A DNA stretch of 49,422 nucleotides from Octopus bimaculoides. Its lineage: Eukaryota. Position 1 is the stretch's first letter; every line of letters begins with the position of its first letter. Position numbers and translations under genes: made by a program. The stretch lies in assembly GCF_001194135.2 (NCBI RefSeq), contig NC_068984.1, positions 42,550,240 through 42,599,661 of the forward strand. The letters are read 5' to 3'. This document shows positions 13,746-25,625 of this stretch, piece by piece. The notes under the pieces are model-generated. The model was given only the letters and a program-made list of their open reading frames with translations, made no database searches and was not told the DNA's origin.

Positions 13746-14623
13746 TCTTGCTCTTTATAGCAAAATAAAGGAATTGTATTCATTTCAGTGATGTCGTTAC
13801 TGTTAATGCTGTTCTGTCGGCTCCTGCCGATATGCATGACATGATGAAGTATTGCAATTATAATGACAATAGATACAATTGATATGTCGCAAGTCTCTGC
13901 ATCTACGATTATGCATGGGAGGAAAAGAGAAAGAAAGAAAGAAAGAAAGAAGGAAAGAGAGAGAGAGAGAGAGAGATAGAGAGAAGATGAATAAAGGGTG
14001 TGTAATGTGAAATAAATGAAAAACAGAAAGAATAGAAGACATGAAGTTGAGTGAAGGTGGAAGATGGCGACGCAGATGAAAGACTGCTGCGCATTATCTA
14101 TTAGGAACCTGAGCGATAGCAGGAGGCAGCAGCAGCAGCAAAAAGAAATAGCAGAAAAAGGAGCAGTGGCAGCAGGAACGGTAACAACAGAGGCAACAGC
14201 AGCATGAGTTGCTGCAACTGGGTGGCGTCTTTGGTTCCGGATGGGTGGTCCTATTGGAAGGGGCATGTTTTATAAATAAGTATTCAGGCTGTTCGAGGAA
14301 AAGTTGCAATGATAGTGATGAAGAAGAATATGACAAGCCGGGTGGTCTGAAGTCCTTCTCGCCAGATGGCGCTGCACGTAAAAATCTCTACCCAAACGCC
14401 ATTATTACGCCACCCGTCAACCCTCTCTGCCGTCTTCATCAAGTGATATTACTGCTTTTAGTTAATGTTGTTGATATAGTTGTTACTAGTTTCCCTAGCA
14501 TCAGCCATACTTCTTTCTTCTTTCCCATCTACGTTATATATATATATATACGCACATATATATATATGTGTGTGTATATTTGTATACATATACACATAGA
14601 CACACACATATATGCATATTTTC

Positions 14624-14656
<33 letters not shown>

Positions 14657-16910
14657 NNNNNNNNNNNNNNNNNNNNNNNNNNNNNNNNNNNNNNNNNNNN
14701 NNNNNNNNNNNNNNNNNNNNNNNNNNNNNNNNNNNNNNNNNNNNNNNNNNNNNNNNNGTGTATTCACGTATATATGATATATAGAAACAGAAAACACGCA
14801 AAAACACAAACATATATTCTAACTTTTCACATATATCAGAGACTCTAGCATCTAAACACTGCACCCAACCACCAGCATCCAAACTTAACCACCACCCAGT
14901 TTCTAAGTCCCAACAGCCAATACCACATCACCCAGCCCTCCGCTCTCAACATTAAGCACCCGACACCCAACCCCAAACAGACACCAACTTATTTGCTTAT
15001 TTATTCGATCCCCGCCCATTTCTCTGCTAACCTGGAATTCACTGATGCTCAAAATAATGGATGCTCTGCAGCTTCACGAGTGATGAAACTGGGTCGTCGT
15101 TGCCCTCTGTCAAAATATTTTGAAGTTTCTGAGGAAATTAGGTCATCGTCACCCCCAATATAAATTATTTGAAGTAAGAAAGGAAAGAAGATCGGGGTTT
15201 GCCCCGTTGAAAATAGCTAAACTATGAATATCTTATGAACATCTCCATCATTTCTCATTTGCTTATGCAAAGCTCATTATAGTGGCTTTCTTAAATTGAC
15301 ACAAAATCCCACTCTACTTATGGAGAGTGATACAGATATTGTTGTGACATTCATGCATTTTCAAGATATTGAAATTACACTACGTTAATTAGAAATAAAA
15401 ATCTAGATACGGGTTTGGTATAGTAGGATGTTATAGACCCATTACAACATTTTCCATATCATTTATAGATTTCATACATGCAGAGTGTTCAGTTTTACAA
15501 AAGGACAGAATGTAGACACAAGTCGTTCATTAAGTCTTTTATAATGGTTCAAAAATACGCTTGTAACAATGTTGCATGATCAGTTTGCCAAGACGTGGAC
15601 TTCACAACTCTTTCAATAGTTTCGTATAACGAGTAAACCCAGAAACAATTTAATGACGAGGTTAAGTAATGCTGTTACATAATATTTTACCAAAGTCATC
15701 CATGTCATTGGTTAAATCAAATGGCTCGTAGAATCAAACACAAATTACACAAAGTTTACTTGAATGTAACTTACTAACACATGAGGTGCTTTCCAAAGTA
15801 ATTGCTTCTGACATCACGTTTGATATTATTATTTATATTGCGGACATCTCTGATTGACTAAATATGTTCAAAGGCATTCTTCTCTTGAACGTCCTGTCTT
15901 TTTATTAAGATAGAGAGTCTTGGTTGCTATTCCTAGCAAGTCGGATGACTATATAAAGTCTCTATCATTGACACGTGCATTTCATGTTTATTTGAATTGA
16001 GCAAATGAGAAAATATGACGTATTATTTTAATGATGTTAACAATCTAAATAAAATTAAATAAATCCAGCTAGAAATCAAAATTTCGTGGACAGATCGACT
16101 TATCTATCCATACTGCAGGATTGTTACTAATAATTCAAGTGGGATGGACACAGGAGAGGAATATTTAAGCTGCTACGCATCAGCATGTTTGAAAGTTTGA
16201 TTGCTAGTTCATATGCTTTTCTTTACTTACATCCTACGTTGCACTTCCTATATCACCTTCCCTGATATATATTGTTTTGCATCTTTTGACAAAAATAGAC
16301 TATATAACGTAGAATATATACGAAGCTAAAGATATAAACGCTGAAATTATAAGTCCTCGAGTTTATATACCTACCACAGTCCAATATCAAACGGTAAATC
16401 TCTATTATTTATTAAGCTGAAAATTAAGCATTGAGTGAGGTCGATGATTTTGTCATAGTACTGACCTAGATAACTGACCGTATTCAGAAAGAATCTGCCA
16501 GAATCATTGGGTCTTTTTAATTTTAAGAAAATAGGGAATTGCTGCATTGATATCTCCCTAAGGGTGTCAGCAACGCACATAAAATTATATATTTTCGTTT
16601 AGGAATCAAAACAATATCATGAAATCAATTCTCTGTATATATGTTTGTCTATCTCTTTTATCTCCTCCCTCTCTTCCTCACCTCCTTCTCTCTCTTTCTC
16701 TCTTTTTTCTCTCATATATGTATGTGAGTGGTGTCTATGCGTGAGAGTTTGTGTGTGTTTGTTTGTGTGAGTGTGTATGTATGTATGTGGTATGTACGGT
16801 AAGTATGACTTTAAAGTGCGTCTATTAGTGGGGCTCTGGTTCAGAAGTTGCAAGGTTTTAAGGAGTGTGGGATCACCTTTTAGTAACTACTGTTTTCAAG
16901 TCTACCCTGA

Positions 16911-17285
16911 ACTGAGCGTGGAAATGCAGAAAAGTCATTGGCTGATGACAGGGTCAAACACAACAGACCTAATATTGCTTCGTGAGACAGAGCACAAAAG
17001 TCATGTAATTTTGAAGCGGTCAGTTGTCCAATGATGTCAAAATTTCTCTCAAGTTGTGGAGAAAGAAAACATCTCTGGCGAACTATTGTTGTACATTTAG
17101 CTTCTTCATTCAGGTTATACGTTCTACATGTACTTATTTTCATAGGTGATGTGCACTTTATTACCACAAATTCATATAAAACCTTTGAAGTGCTAGGGTT
17201 TTCCAAGAAAGAACAAAGCAAACCAACTTGTGTTCTCAAAATCCAATCATTTCAAAAAAAATTCCCCATTTGTGTTTCCTGGAAT
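16911..17285 (+). mobile_element. decayed C-terminus of an RLE-type non-LTR retrotransposon (PD-(D/E)xK endonuclease; R4/Dong/NeSL-like)
   Basis: Frameshifted reading RVKHNRPNIAS*DRAQKSCNFEAVSCP / DVKISLK / VVEKENISGELLLYI*LLHSGYTF / FIGDVHF..FEVLGFSKKE resembles the HNRPDIVxWD..C.IVEVSCP.D...K..EK...Y..L RLE domain. Confidence 0.7.
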
Positions 17286-17910
17286 GGATATATTCGTACA
17301 CTCATATGCATAGGTAGAGTTCACATATATATACATACCTAGAGTAATTACTCACAGCCATGTGTGCGTAAGACAGAGAGAGAGGGGGAGAGGGAGAGAT
17401 AAGGGAGGAGGGAGAGATAAGGGAGGAGAGAGAGAGAGACTCCAATTATTTCTATCTATTTACATTCAGATACGCGTACAGTCACACACACATCTTCATT
17501 CGTCCTTGGAACTACCTTGGGTCAAATTAAAAATCTTGCCAATTTCTAACTTACTGGCTTGAAAATCTACATATGTAAATACGTGTATATACATTCATAT
17601 ATACAAGCATACGTAAGTAGATAAATACATGCATATATGCACGCATACATTACATACATACTTTATCGGTTGACAAATTCAAACATGAGAATAGAACATA
17701 CATAAAATGTCACTGCTGATGTGAAACAAACTATAAAGAATATCACCCGTAAATGAAGACTTGAGCTCCATTTGGAGATCTTCTTGCTAGTGCATATTTA
17801 CGACAATATTCACTTTCTGCTGTTATTTTGGTTCCCCTGCGTTCTGGGCACAAATATCGCCGAGGTTAACTTTGCCTGTTATCAATTAAAGTACCAATAA
17901 GAAATCTTAC

Positions 17911-17958
17911 CTTCGTTTCTCTTTTTTCTGACTTTCCATCATGGGATTGACTGCATGC
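17911..17958 (-). CDS. candidate 48-nt internal exon of an unidentified gene
   Basis: Acceptor CTTCTCTTCTACAG| and donor AAG|GTAAGA. The length is a multiple of 3 and two frames are open (ACSQSHDGKSEKRETK or HAVNPMMESQKKEKR). No homology recognised. Confidence 0.3.
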
Positions 17959-18497
17959 CTGTAGAAGAGAAGTCCCTCTTCAGTGTATCTGTGCATCCAA
18001 ACCTGCTTCTTTCATATTAGGTTTTTGACAGAATTCTAGGAAACGGACACGAACAGGCCAACTAACGATTCTGTACGTCCTGCACTTGAGGACAGTAGAT
18101 CACCGAGTTATTTGAGAGTTCAGAGAAATTTATAGTAGTTTGTGTTATTCATGCTCACGTGACTTTAAATGTTAGTCTTTATTTGAGATAGTTTCGTCTC
18201 ATATTTTCCTTCCATTTGTAAATCTGCTTTGTGATGTATTGAAAGAAACCTGCATAGATGAAGACCTAAGGGAGCGAAACGACACACAGACATACTGACG
18301 CAGTTTGCTTCTTTCGATGCCATTTCATTTTATTTTCGCTGCTTTCGCCGTTGAAAAGCCAAAACGTTAAAAATTCAAATTTATCTTCTAAAATGCGGAG
18401 GTGTTAAAAGAAATGCTCGTTCCAAGAAATAAGTAATAAATCAGTTGCGTTATGCAGTCATATTGAATATTTGGTTTATTCTCCTTTCGCGTGTACT

Positions 18498-18610
<113 letters not shown>

Positions 18611-19145
18611 CATCAAAATATTTCGTATTACATTTGTTATTGTTTTTGATCTTGCTGTTTCTCACCAAGCTGGCTCAGATTAAAATATCAAAGACATTCA
18701 AGCAGTCATAGTTGCACTGAGTTTTATTCAGGCATAGTCTACCTCGAACAACACGATCCAGATATTACCTTTCTTACTAAGGTGGTAGGATGCATTTTCA
18801 GAGAAATCTCGTTGCTATTTTAAGGTCATCCAAGAACATAAAGATTCCTTCTTGGTCCAATGTAAATGTGACACTAAAGACTATCCTACATCTAACACAT
18901 GCAACTAAGCAAAAATAAGTATAATGCTTTTGTTGCATGGCATAAACACAATGCAAACAACTTTTAGAATTGAGCAGCGAAGACTGAGTAACTTACTAAA
19001 CATACACAATAAAGAGAGTAAAAGTAATATCGTTCGAATAATGTAAATAAAGGATTTCGACCAGTAACCATCCAATGATTTTGTTCCGGTACGAGGCACC
19101 TAAAACTAATTATCTAATCTGGCCTTCCTTTTTAATCCTGTAGGA

Positions 19146-19416
19146 CAGTGGTTAACTACCTGGGTCCATATGATCCTTAGGGTGCATATGATCCCTGGGG
19201 TCCATATAAGGTTTTGTAATTAAAATTTAAGCGAAATATATCAGTTACACTCCTACAAAACACAAAATATATATAGAAAAGAAATTATACATTTCCCAAA
19301 AAACTTTAATTCTAAAACTATAATAGGATATTTTAAACATCCAATAGCTGTGAGTGTTCATCTGAGGAAAGTAGGAACCAAAAGAGTCCATGAGTAAAAA
19401 TGGTCGAGAACCACTG
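19146..19416. mobile_element. hAT/Charlie-like MITE
   Basis: Terminal inverted repeats CAGTGGTT../..AACCACTG around an AT-rich 270-bp interior. No clean 8-bp TSD is visible. Confidence 0.55.
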
Positions 19417-19866
19417 TTGCATTTTATGACGGAGTAATTTAACTGCTATTTATTGCAGGTCAAGAGAGTAACCTTGAAAACGTCTTTCAGATAACACACA
19501 CGCGTATATAATACATATATATATATATACACACCGGCATACAATACACGCTCACAAACACGTAGTTACACACACGTACATACACAGACACACATACATA
19601 CATACATACATACATACATACATACATACTCACTCTCTCACACACACATACACGTATTTATGCGTATATTCTGCGTGATATCTCAGTATGGATGGTTGAA
19701 CTCAGCTAATTGCGTGAGAACGTCGGCGTGTATATGAATGTATGAAAGCATGAATGAATGTGTGTGTGTGCGCGCGCGCGCAGATCTATGTTTTTATTCG
19801 AAGGCATGAGTCTCTATATCAGCGCTGTGTGTCTCACTACCTGTATGCAAGTGTAGGGATTACACT

Positions 19867-20764
19867 NNNNNNNNNNNNNNNNNNNNNNNNNNNNNNNNNN
19901 NNNNNNNNNNNNNNNNNNNNNNNNNNNNNNNNNNNNNNNNNNNNNNNNNNNNNNNNNNNNNNNNNNNNNNNNNNNNNNNNNNNNNNNNNNNNNNNNNNNN
20001 NNNNNNNNNNNNNNNNNNNNNNNNNNNNNNNNNNNNNNNNNNNNNNNNNNNNNNNNNNNNNNNNNNNNNNNNNNNNNNNNNNNNNNNNNNNNNNNNNNNN
20101 NNNNNNNNNNNNNNNNNNNNNNNNNNNNNNNNNNNNNNNNNNNNNNNNNNNNNNNNNNNNNNNNNNNNNNNNNNNNNNNNNNNNNNNNNNNNNNNNNNNN
20201 NNNNNNNNNNNNNNNNNNNNNNNNNNNNNNNNNNNNNNNNNNNNNNNNNNNNNNNNNNNNNNNNNNNNNNNNNNNNNNNNNNNNNNNNNNNNNNNNNNNN
20301 NNNNNNNNNNNNNNNNNNNNNNNNNNNNNNNNNNNNNNNNNNNNNNNNNNNNNNNNNNNNNNNNNNNNNNNNNNNNNNNNNNNNNNNNNNNNNNNNNNNN
20401 NNNNNNNNNNNNNNNNNNNNNNNNNNNNNNNNNNNNNNNNNNNNNNNNNNNNNNNNNNNNNNNNNNNNNNNNNNNNNNNNNNNNNNNNNNNNNNNNNNNN
20501 NNNNNNNNNNNNNNNNNNNNNNNNNNNNNNNNNNNNNNNNNNNNNNNNNNNNNNNNNNNNNNNNNNNNNNNNNNNNNNNNNNNNNNNNNNNNNNNNNNNN
20601 NNNNNNNNNNNNNNNNNNNNNNNNNNNNNNNNNNNNNNNNNNNNNNNNNNNNNNNNNNNNNNNNNNNNNNNNNNNNNNNNNNNNNNNNNNNNNNNNNNNN
20701 NNNNNNNNNNNNNNNNNNNNNNNNNNNNNNNNNNNNNNNNNNNNNNNNNNNNNNNNNNNNNNNN
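19867..20764. other. assembly gap (largest of 11: 14657-14757, 19867-20764, 22245-22580, 24882-25076, 27295-28050, 29197-29377, 30802-30881, 37122-37499, 39425-39578, 41388-41462, 44756-44915)
   Basis: N runs. All long ORFs in the supplied track are read-through of these gaps. Confidence 0.99.
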
Positions 20765-20796
<32 letters not shown>

Positions 20797-20868
20797 GAAG
20801 CCATATGATATACATACACATAAATAATAATATATTTAGGTTTACAATCTTATTACGATTCATGCACG

Positions 20869-20909
<41 letters not shown>

Positions 20910-21065
20910 CAGAAAAGAATAGATGAAAGCGTGTCATTGTATATCATGGTAGTACTTGCCTATATGATATGATACAATATCGCATAATATAATATGAAAT
21001 AATATAATATAATATAATATAATATAATATAATGTAATATAATATTATATATATATATATATATT

Positions 21066-21258
21066 GATTCAGTCATGTTTGACTGCGGCCATGCTAGGGC
21101 ACCGCCTTGAAGGGTTTTTGTCGAACAATTCGACCCCAGGACTTATTCTTTAAAAGATTGGTATATGTTCTATCGGTTTTCTTTTACCCAACTACTAATT
21201 TTACGGGGACGTAAACACACCAATACCGGTCATCAAGCGGTGGTGGAGGACAAACACG
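21066..21258 (-). mobile_element. SINE family B 3' half
   Basis: TTGACTGCGGCCATGCTAGGGCACCGCC..GTCATCAAGCGGTGGTGGAGGACAAACAC, followed by (CA)n. Confidence 0.8.
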
Positions 21259-21316
21259 CACACATAGATATTTACATATAAACACACAGAGAAACATATG
21301 CACACACAGTTATATG

Positions 21317-21351
<35 letters not shown>

Positions 21352-21380
21352 TATTAAACCTATATATATATGTATATATA

Positions 21381-22114
21381 GGTGGTTTGATCAATAAGTA
21401 TCCGGACTGTTGCCATAGTAACGAATCTAAAGCATGCAGAGTAAAGCAGCTTGACACCGATTGTCCTTGAACTCTGCTGTGCATGCACACTAAGCTTTAA
21501 CGTTCTAGCTCACTTCCGCTGTTTACAGCAGTTCTCGAAAGAAACGTTTGATTGTCGCATTGACCATGACAGAGCAAGTTGAGCAGAGAATCTACATCAA
21601 ATTTTGCCAAAAGCTTGGTAATACCTGCTCAGAGGCCTACGCAAAGTTTTCAAAGACTTGTCATCCTTCTCGACACAACTGAAACCCGAGTGTCTTTTAG
21701 GTCATCTGAAAGTAGTTTTGGTACAAACTTGGCAGGCACGCATGTCATACCCAAATCGTCAGTGAAAATGGACTGAACTGAAACATAACTAATCTGCACA
21801 CCCTCTAATAAATCACGAATGGTGATTCGACGATTTCCCCTCATAGCTGCACGCACATCTCCCAGAACGTTCGCCGCTATCGACATTTTTCGGCCATCTT
21901 GGAAACGTCTGAACCTCTCGTATACTTGTGTGCGACGATCAAACACTACACACGTTCCTTCCAAGCACTGTTGTAAACAGCTGAGTTAAGATAGAATGTT
22001 AAAACTTAGTGTGCATGCACAACAGAGTCCAAGGACAACCTGTGCCACACGATTTCACTCTGCGTGCTTTAGTTTCGTTTCTATGGCAACAGTCCCGATT
22101 ATTATTGATCAAAA
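21381..22114. mobile_element. mariner-derived non-autonomous element with two 5' ends in inverted orientation
   Basis: ~190-bp imperfect inverted arms (TTTGATCAATAAGTATCCGGACTGTTGCCATAG.. and its reverse complement). Plus-strand ATG at 21566 reads MTEQVEQRIYIKFCQKLGNTCSEAYAKF (mariner HTH). Minus strand ~21660-21935 reads VYERFRRFQDGR..RITIRDL..VSVQSIFTDDLGMTCVPAKFVPKLL (second HTH and WVPR-like linker). Confidence 0.85.
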
Positions 22115-22209
22115 TTCGAGAGCTTAGAGCAGTAAACCTGCTGTAAACTAATGAAGCTCATAACATAACCATTGTTTTCCTTGTGTCATTTCTTTTTCTT
22201 TTATATGTT

Positions 22210-22244
<35 letters not shown>

Positions 22245-22593
22245 NNNNNNNNNNNNNNNNNNNNNNNNNNNNNNNNNNNNNNNNNNNNNNNNNNNNNNNN
22301 NNNNNNNNNNNNNNNNNNNNNNNNNNNNNNNNNNNNNNNNNNNNNNNNNNNNNNNNNNNNNNNNNNNNNNNNNNNNNNNNNNNNNNNNNNNNNNNNNNNN
22401 NNNNNNNNNNNNNNNNNNNNNNNNNNNNNNNNNNNNNNNNNNNNNNNNNNNNNNNNNNNNNNNNNNNNNNNNNNNNNNNNNNNNNNNNNNNNNNNNNNNN
22501 NNNNNNNNNNNNNNNNNNNNNNNNNNNNNNNNNNNNNNNNNNNNNNNNNNNNNNNNNNNNNNNNNNNNNNNNNNNNNNNNCTAACTAGACTGT

Positions 22594-22935
22594 TAACCCT
22601 AACCCTAACCCTAAAACTAACCCTAACTCTAAAATTGTTACACACATAGATACGCACAGCGTAATTTATTATATAAACAATATATGCGTATAAATTACGA
22701 TTAAACCGGATGAAAAATGTCACAGGGAATAACATTTTTATGACCGCCCAGCAGTAACTCTATTCAGCTGAATAGACGTCAGTGATTGGTTGAAATTACA
22801 GAAATACGACAACTTTAACATGGAATAACTTGCGATGTACGTTTTTTTGTTAAGAAGACTAAGAGTAAAAGATGTTTTATATGACGCATTCTACAAGTGT
22901 CCCAAGTTTGAAAGTGTTTCGTTAGGAAAATACTG
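22594..22935. repeat. interspersed repeat with internal (TAACCC)n tract; second diverged copy at ~95-300
   Basis: CTGAATAGACGTCAGTGATT(A/G)GTTGAAATTA and AAGTTTGAAAGTGTTTCG are shared between ~140-275 and ~22770-22920. TAACCC units lie at 22594-22633. Confidence 0.6.
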
Positions 22936-23512
22936 GTGCCCCCGTTTTGAAATAGATCCGAAAAGGAGAGGGAGATGGTGATTTAAAGAAACGGATCAGA
23001 ACGACACATTCACTTTCATGTAACATACAAATTTAAACCAAATGCCCCTCCCGCATCTACCGCACCACACACACACATACGCACGTACGCACACAACCAT
23101 TACATTAATGTGTTGCTGACGCGATATGAAATACCATCCTTTGTGATAGGAGTCTGTCCAAAACGTTTGCTGAGATGATAGCTGAATCACAAAGTATATA
23201 GCACTAATAGTGGTGATAGTAGTGGTAACAGTCCTCCACTATCACACTGACAGTATCATCCCGCCGTCAACATCACCGCCATCACTACCCCCATCATCAT
23301 CATCACCACCATCAACACCATCACCATCATCACCACCATCAACACCATCACCATCAGGAACAATATGACGACGACCAGCAAACCTTCCACCTTCATCACC
23401 ACCACCACCACTACCATTAACTCCCATCTCTCCAAAACTCTAACAATAAAAAACAATTACTACTACTACTACTATTATTACTACTACTACTACTACTACT
23501 ACTACTACAACT

Positions 23513-23566
23513 GCTGCTACTACTACGACAACTACTACTACAACAACTACTACTACCTCTACAACA

Positions 23567-23627
<61 letters not shown>

Positions 23628-23696
23628 CTGCTGCTAGTACTACTACTAATACTATACTACTACTAGGACCACCACTACAACTGCTGCTGCCACTAG

Positions 23697-23747
<51 letters not shown>

Positions 23748-23845
23748 GATCACCACTACAACTGCTGCTGCCACCACCACCACCACCACTACTACTACTA
23801 CTGCTACTACTACTACTACTACTACTACTATTACTACTACTACCG

Positions 23846-23913
<68 letters not shown>

Positions 23914-24775
23914 GCAAGGAATGGAATTCTGCAAAGGACTACATTTGAAAACATGCATCAGCGCATATGTGACATTGGTGTGAACGGTAGTAAGAAGCTA
24001 GTTAAGACAAATGGAACATTAATTAGTAGGAGAGAGGGGGAAGAGGGGAAGGTAGCTGTTGAGATGAACAGACTTTGTTTGAACAGTAGTTCATATATTA
24101 TAACATGTTTACTCTTCAATAGATAGGTTATTACGGTCATTCCGTACAGTTGCATCGACCATAAAAAGTAAACGACTCCCTCCATTCTTTACGAACCCAA
24201 ACACACAAACACACAGAACATACGCACAAACTCATACATACGTACATACATACATACATGCATATATACATGCATACAAACATATACACATACGTACATA
24301 TGTATATATACACATACATACATACATACATACATACATACATACATACATACTTACGTACATACATACGTACATGCACACGCGAACACGCCTTTGCTCT
24401 GATACCTCTTCTTCAAGTCGGGAGGGATGCTAGTCTCTTCTGCTCTTTTAAGATAGTCTTCACGAATGATGCTCCAAGCTAAACTTCTGTATAGTTATTG
24501 AGTACACGCCCACATATGCATAAAGTATCAATTGTGAAAGTGTGTATTATGTGCATGAGAGAGACAAGAAAGAGTGTTTTATATATGTATCTTTCCTACT
24601 GGAGGCACAAGGCCTCAAAATTGTGGGCGGGGGACTAGTCGATTACATCGACTCCAGTGTTTCATTGGTACTTAATTTATCGACTCCGAAAGGATGAAAG
24701 GCAAAGTCGGCCTCGGCAGAATTTCAATTGAGAATGTAGTCCTTTGCAGAATTCCATTCCTTGCAGTAGTAGTAA

Positions 24776-24829
<54 letters not shown>

Positions 24830-24843
24830 CAGCAGTAGTAGCG

Positions 24844-24877
<34 letters not shown>

Positions 24878-25150
24878 CAGTNNNNNNNNNNNNNNNNNNN
24901 NNNNNNNNNNNNNNNNNNNNNNNNNNNNNNNNNNNNNNNNNNNNNNNNNNNNNNNNNNNNNNNNNNNNNNNNNNNNNNNNNNNNNNNNNNNNNNNNNNNN
25001 NNNNNNNNNNNNNNNNNNNNNNNNNNNNNNNNNNNNNNNNNNNNNNNNNNNNNNNNNNNNNNNNNNNNNNNNNNNNTAGTAGTAGTAGTAGTAGCAGTAG
25101 TAGTAGTAGTGGTGGTGGTGGTGGTGGCAGCAGCAGTTGTAGTGGTGATC

Positions 25151-25183
<33 letters not shown>

Positions 25184-25252
25184 CTAGTGGCAGCAGCAGT
25201 TGTAGTGGTGGTCCTAGTAGTAGTATAGTATTAGTAGTAGTACTAGCAGCAG

Positions 25253-25301
<49 letters not shown>

Positions 25302-25355
25302 TGTTGTAGAGGTAGTAGTAGTTGTTGTAGTAGTAGTTGTCGTAGTAGTAGCAGC
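23513..25355. repeat. large inverted duplication of a compound (TAC/TGC/CAC) repeat block
   Basis: 23513-23945 and 24733-25355 share ordered unique interruptions (CCTCTACAAC, CCTGCTGCTAGTAC, AGGACCACC, ACGATCACC) and the unique end GCAAGGAATGGAATTCTGCAAAGGACTACATT in reverse complement. Confidence 0.9.
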
Positions 25356-25400
25356 TAAACATTTCGTCCAGCGTGCAAACGATTCCGCCAGCTTGCGGGG
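24590..25400 (-). mobile_element. SINE family A copy split by a ~620-bp insertion
   Basis: The tail half lies at 24590-24732 and the head half (GCAAGCTGGCGGAATCGTTTGCACGCTGGACGAAATGTTTAGC) at 25356-25400. Confidence 0.75.
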
Positions 25401-25461
25401 ACATAAACACACCAACATCGGTTGTCAAGTGATAGTTGCGTGACGAACACAGACAAAAAGA

Positions 25462-25528
<67 letters not shown>

Positions 25529-25532
25529 GTAC

Positions 25533-25625
25533 ATGAGTTTCTTTCAGTTTCCGACTATCAAATCCACTCACAAAGCTTTGGTCGGCCCGAAGCTATAGTA
25601 GAAGACACTTACCCAAGGTGCTACA
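25533..25625 (-). mobile_element. SINE family B head/CORE-like fragment
   Basis: CTTTCAGTTTCCGACTATCAAATCCACTCACAAAGCTTTGGTCGGCCCGAAGCTATAGTAGAAGACACTTACCCAAGGTG. Confidence 0.75.

Noticed and set aside
14215-14260. GGVFGSGWVVL resembles the Fe/Mn superoxide dismutase FGSGW motif
   Set aside because: Five-residue match only. The flanking SOD residues and metal ligands are missing.
19075-19099. PRTGTKSL resembles a sulfotransferase PAPS-binding loop
   Set aside because: Short motif with no supporting upstream or downstream sequence.
19754-20947. Long ORFs of 300-430 aa here and at 27129-28483, 37071-37746, 44642-45540 etc.
   Set aside because: They are read-through of N gaps and dinucleotide repeats. 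Only the LINE portion of 27197-28483 is real coding-derived sequence.
23440-25443. Poly-S/T/V/Y ORFs resembling mucin or other low-complexity proteins
   Set aside because: Translations of (TAC/TAG)n arrays that are open in several frames on both strands, with no splice or codon evidence.
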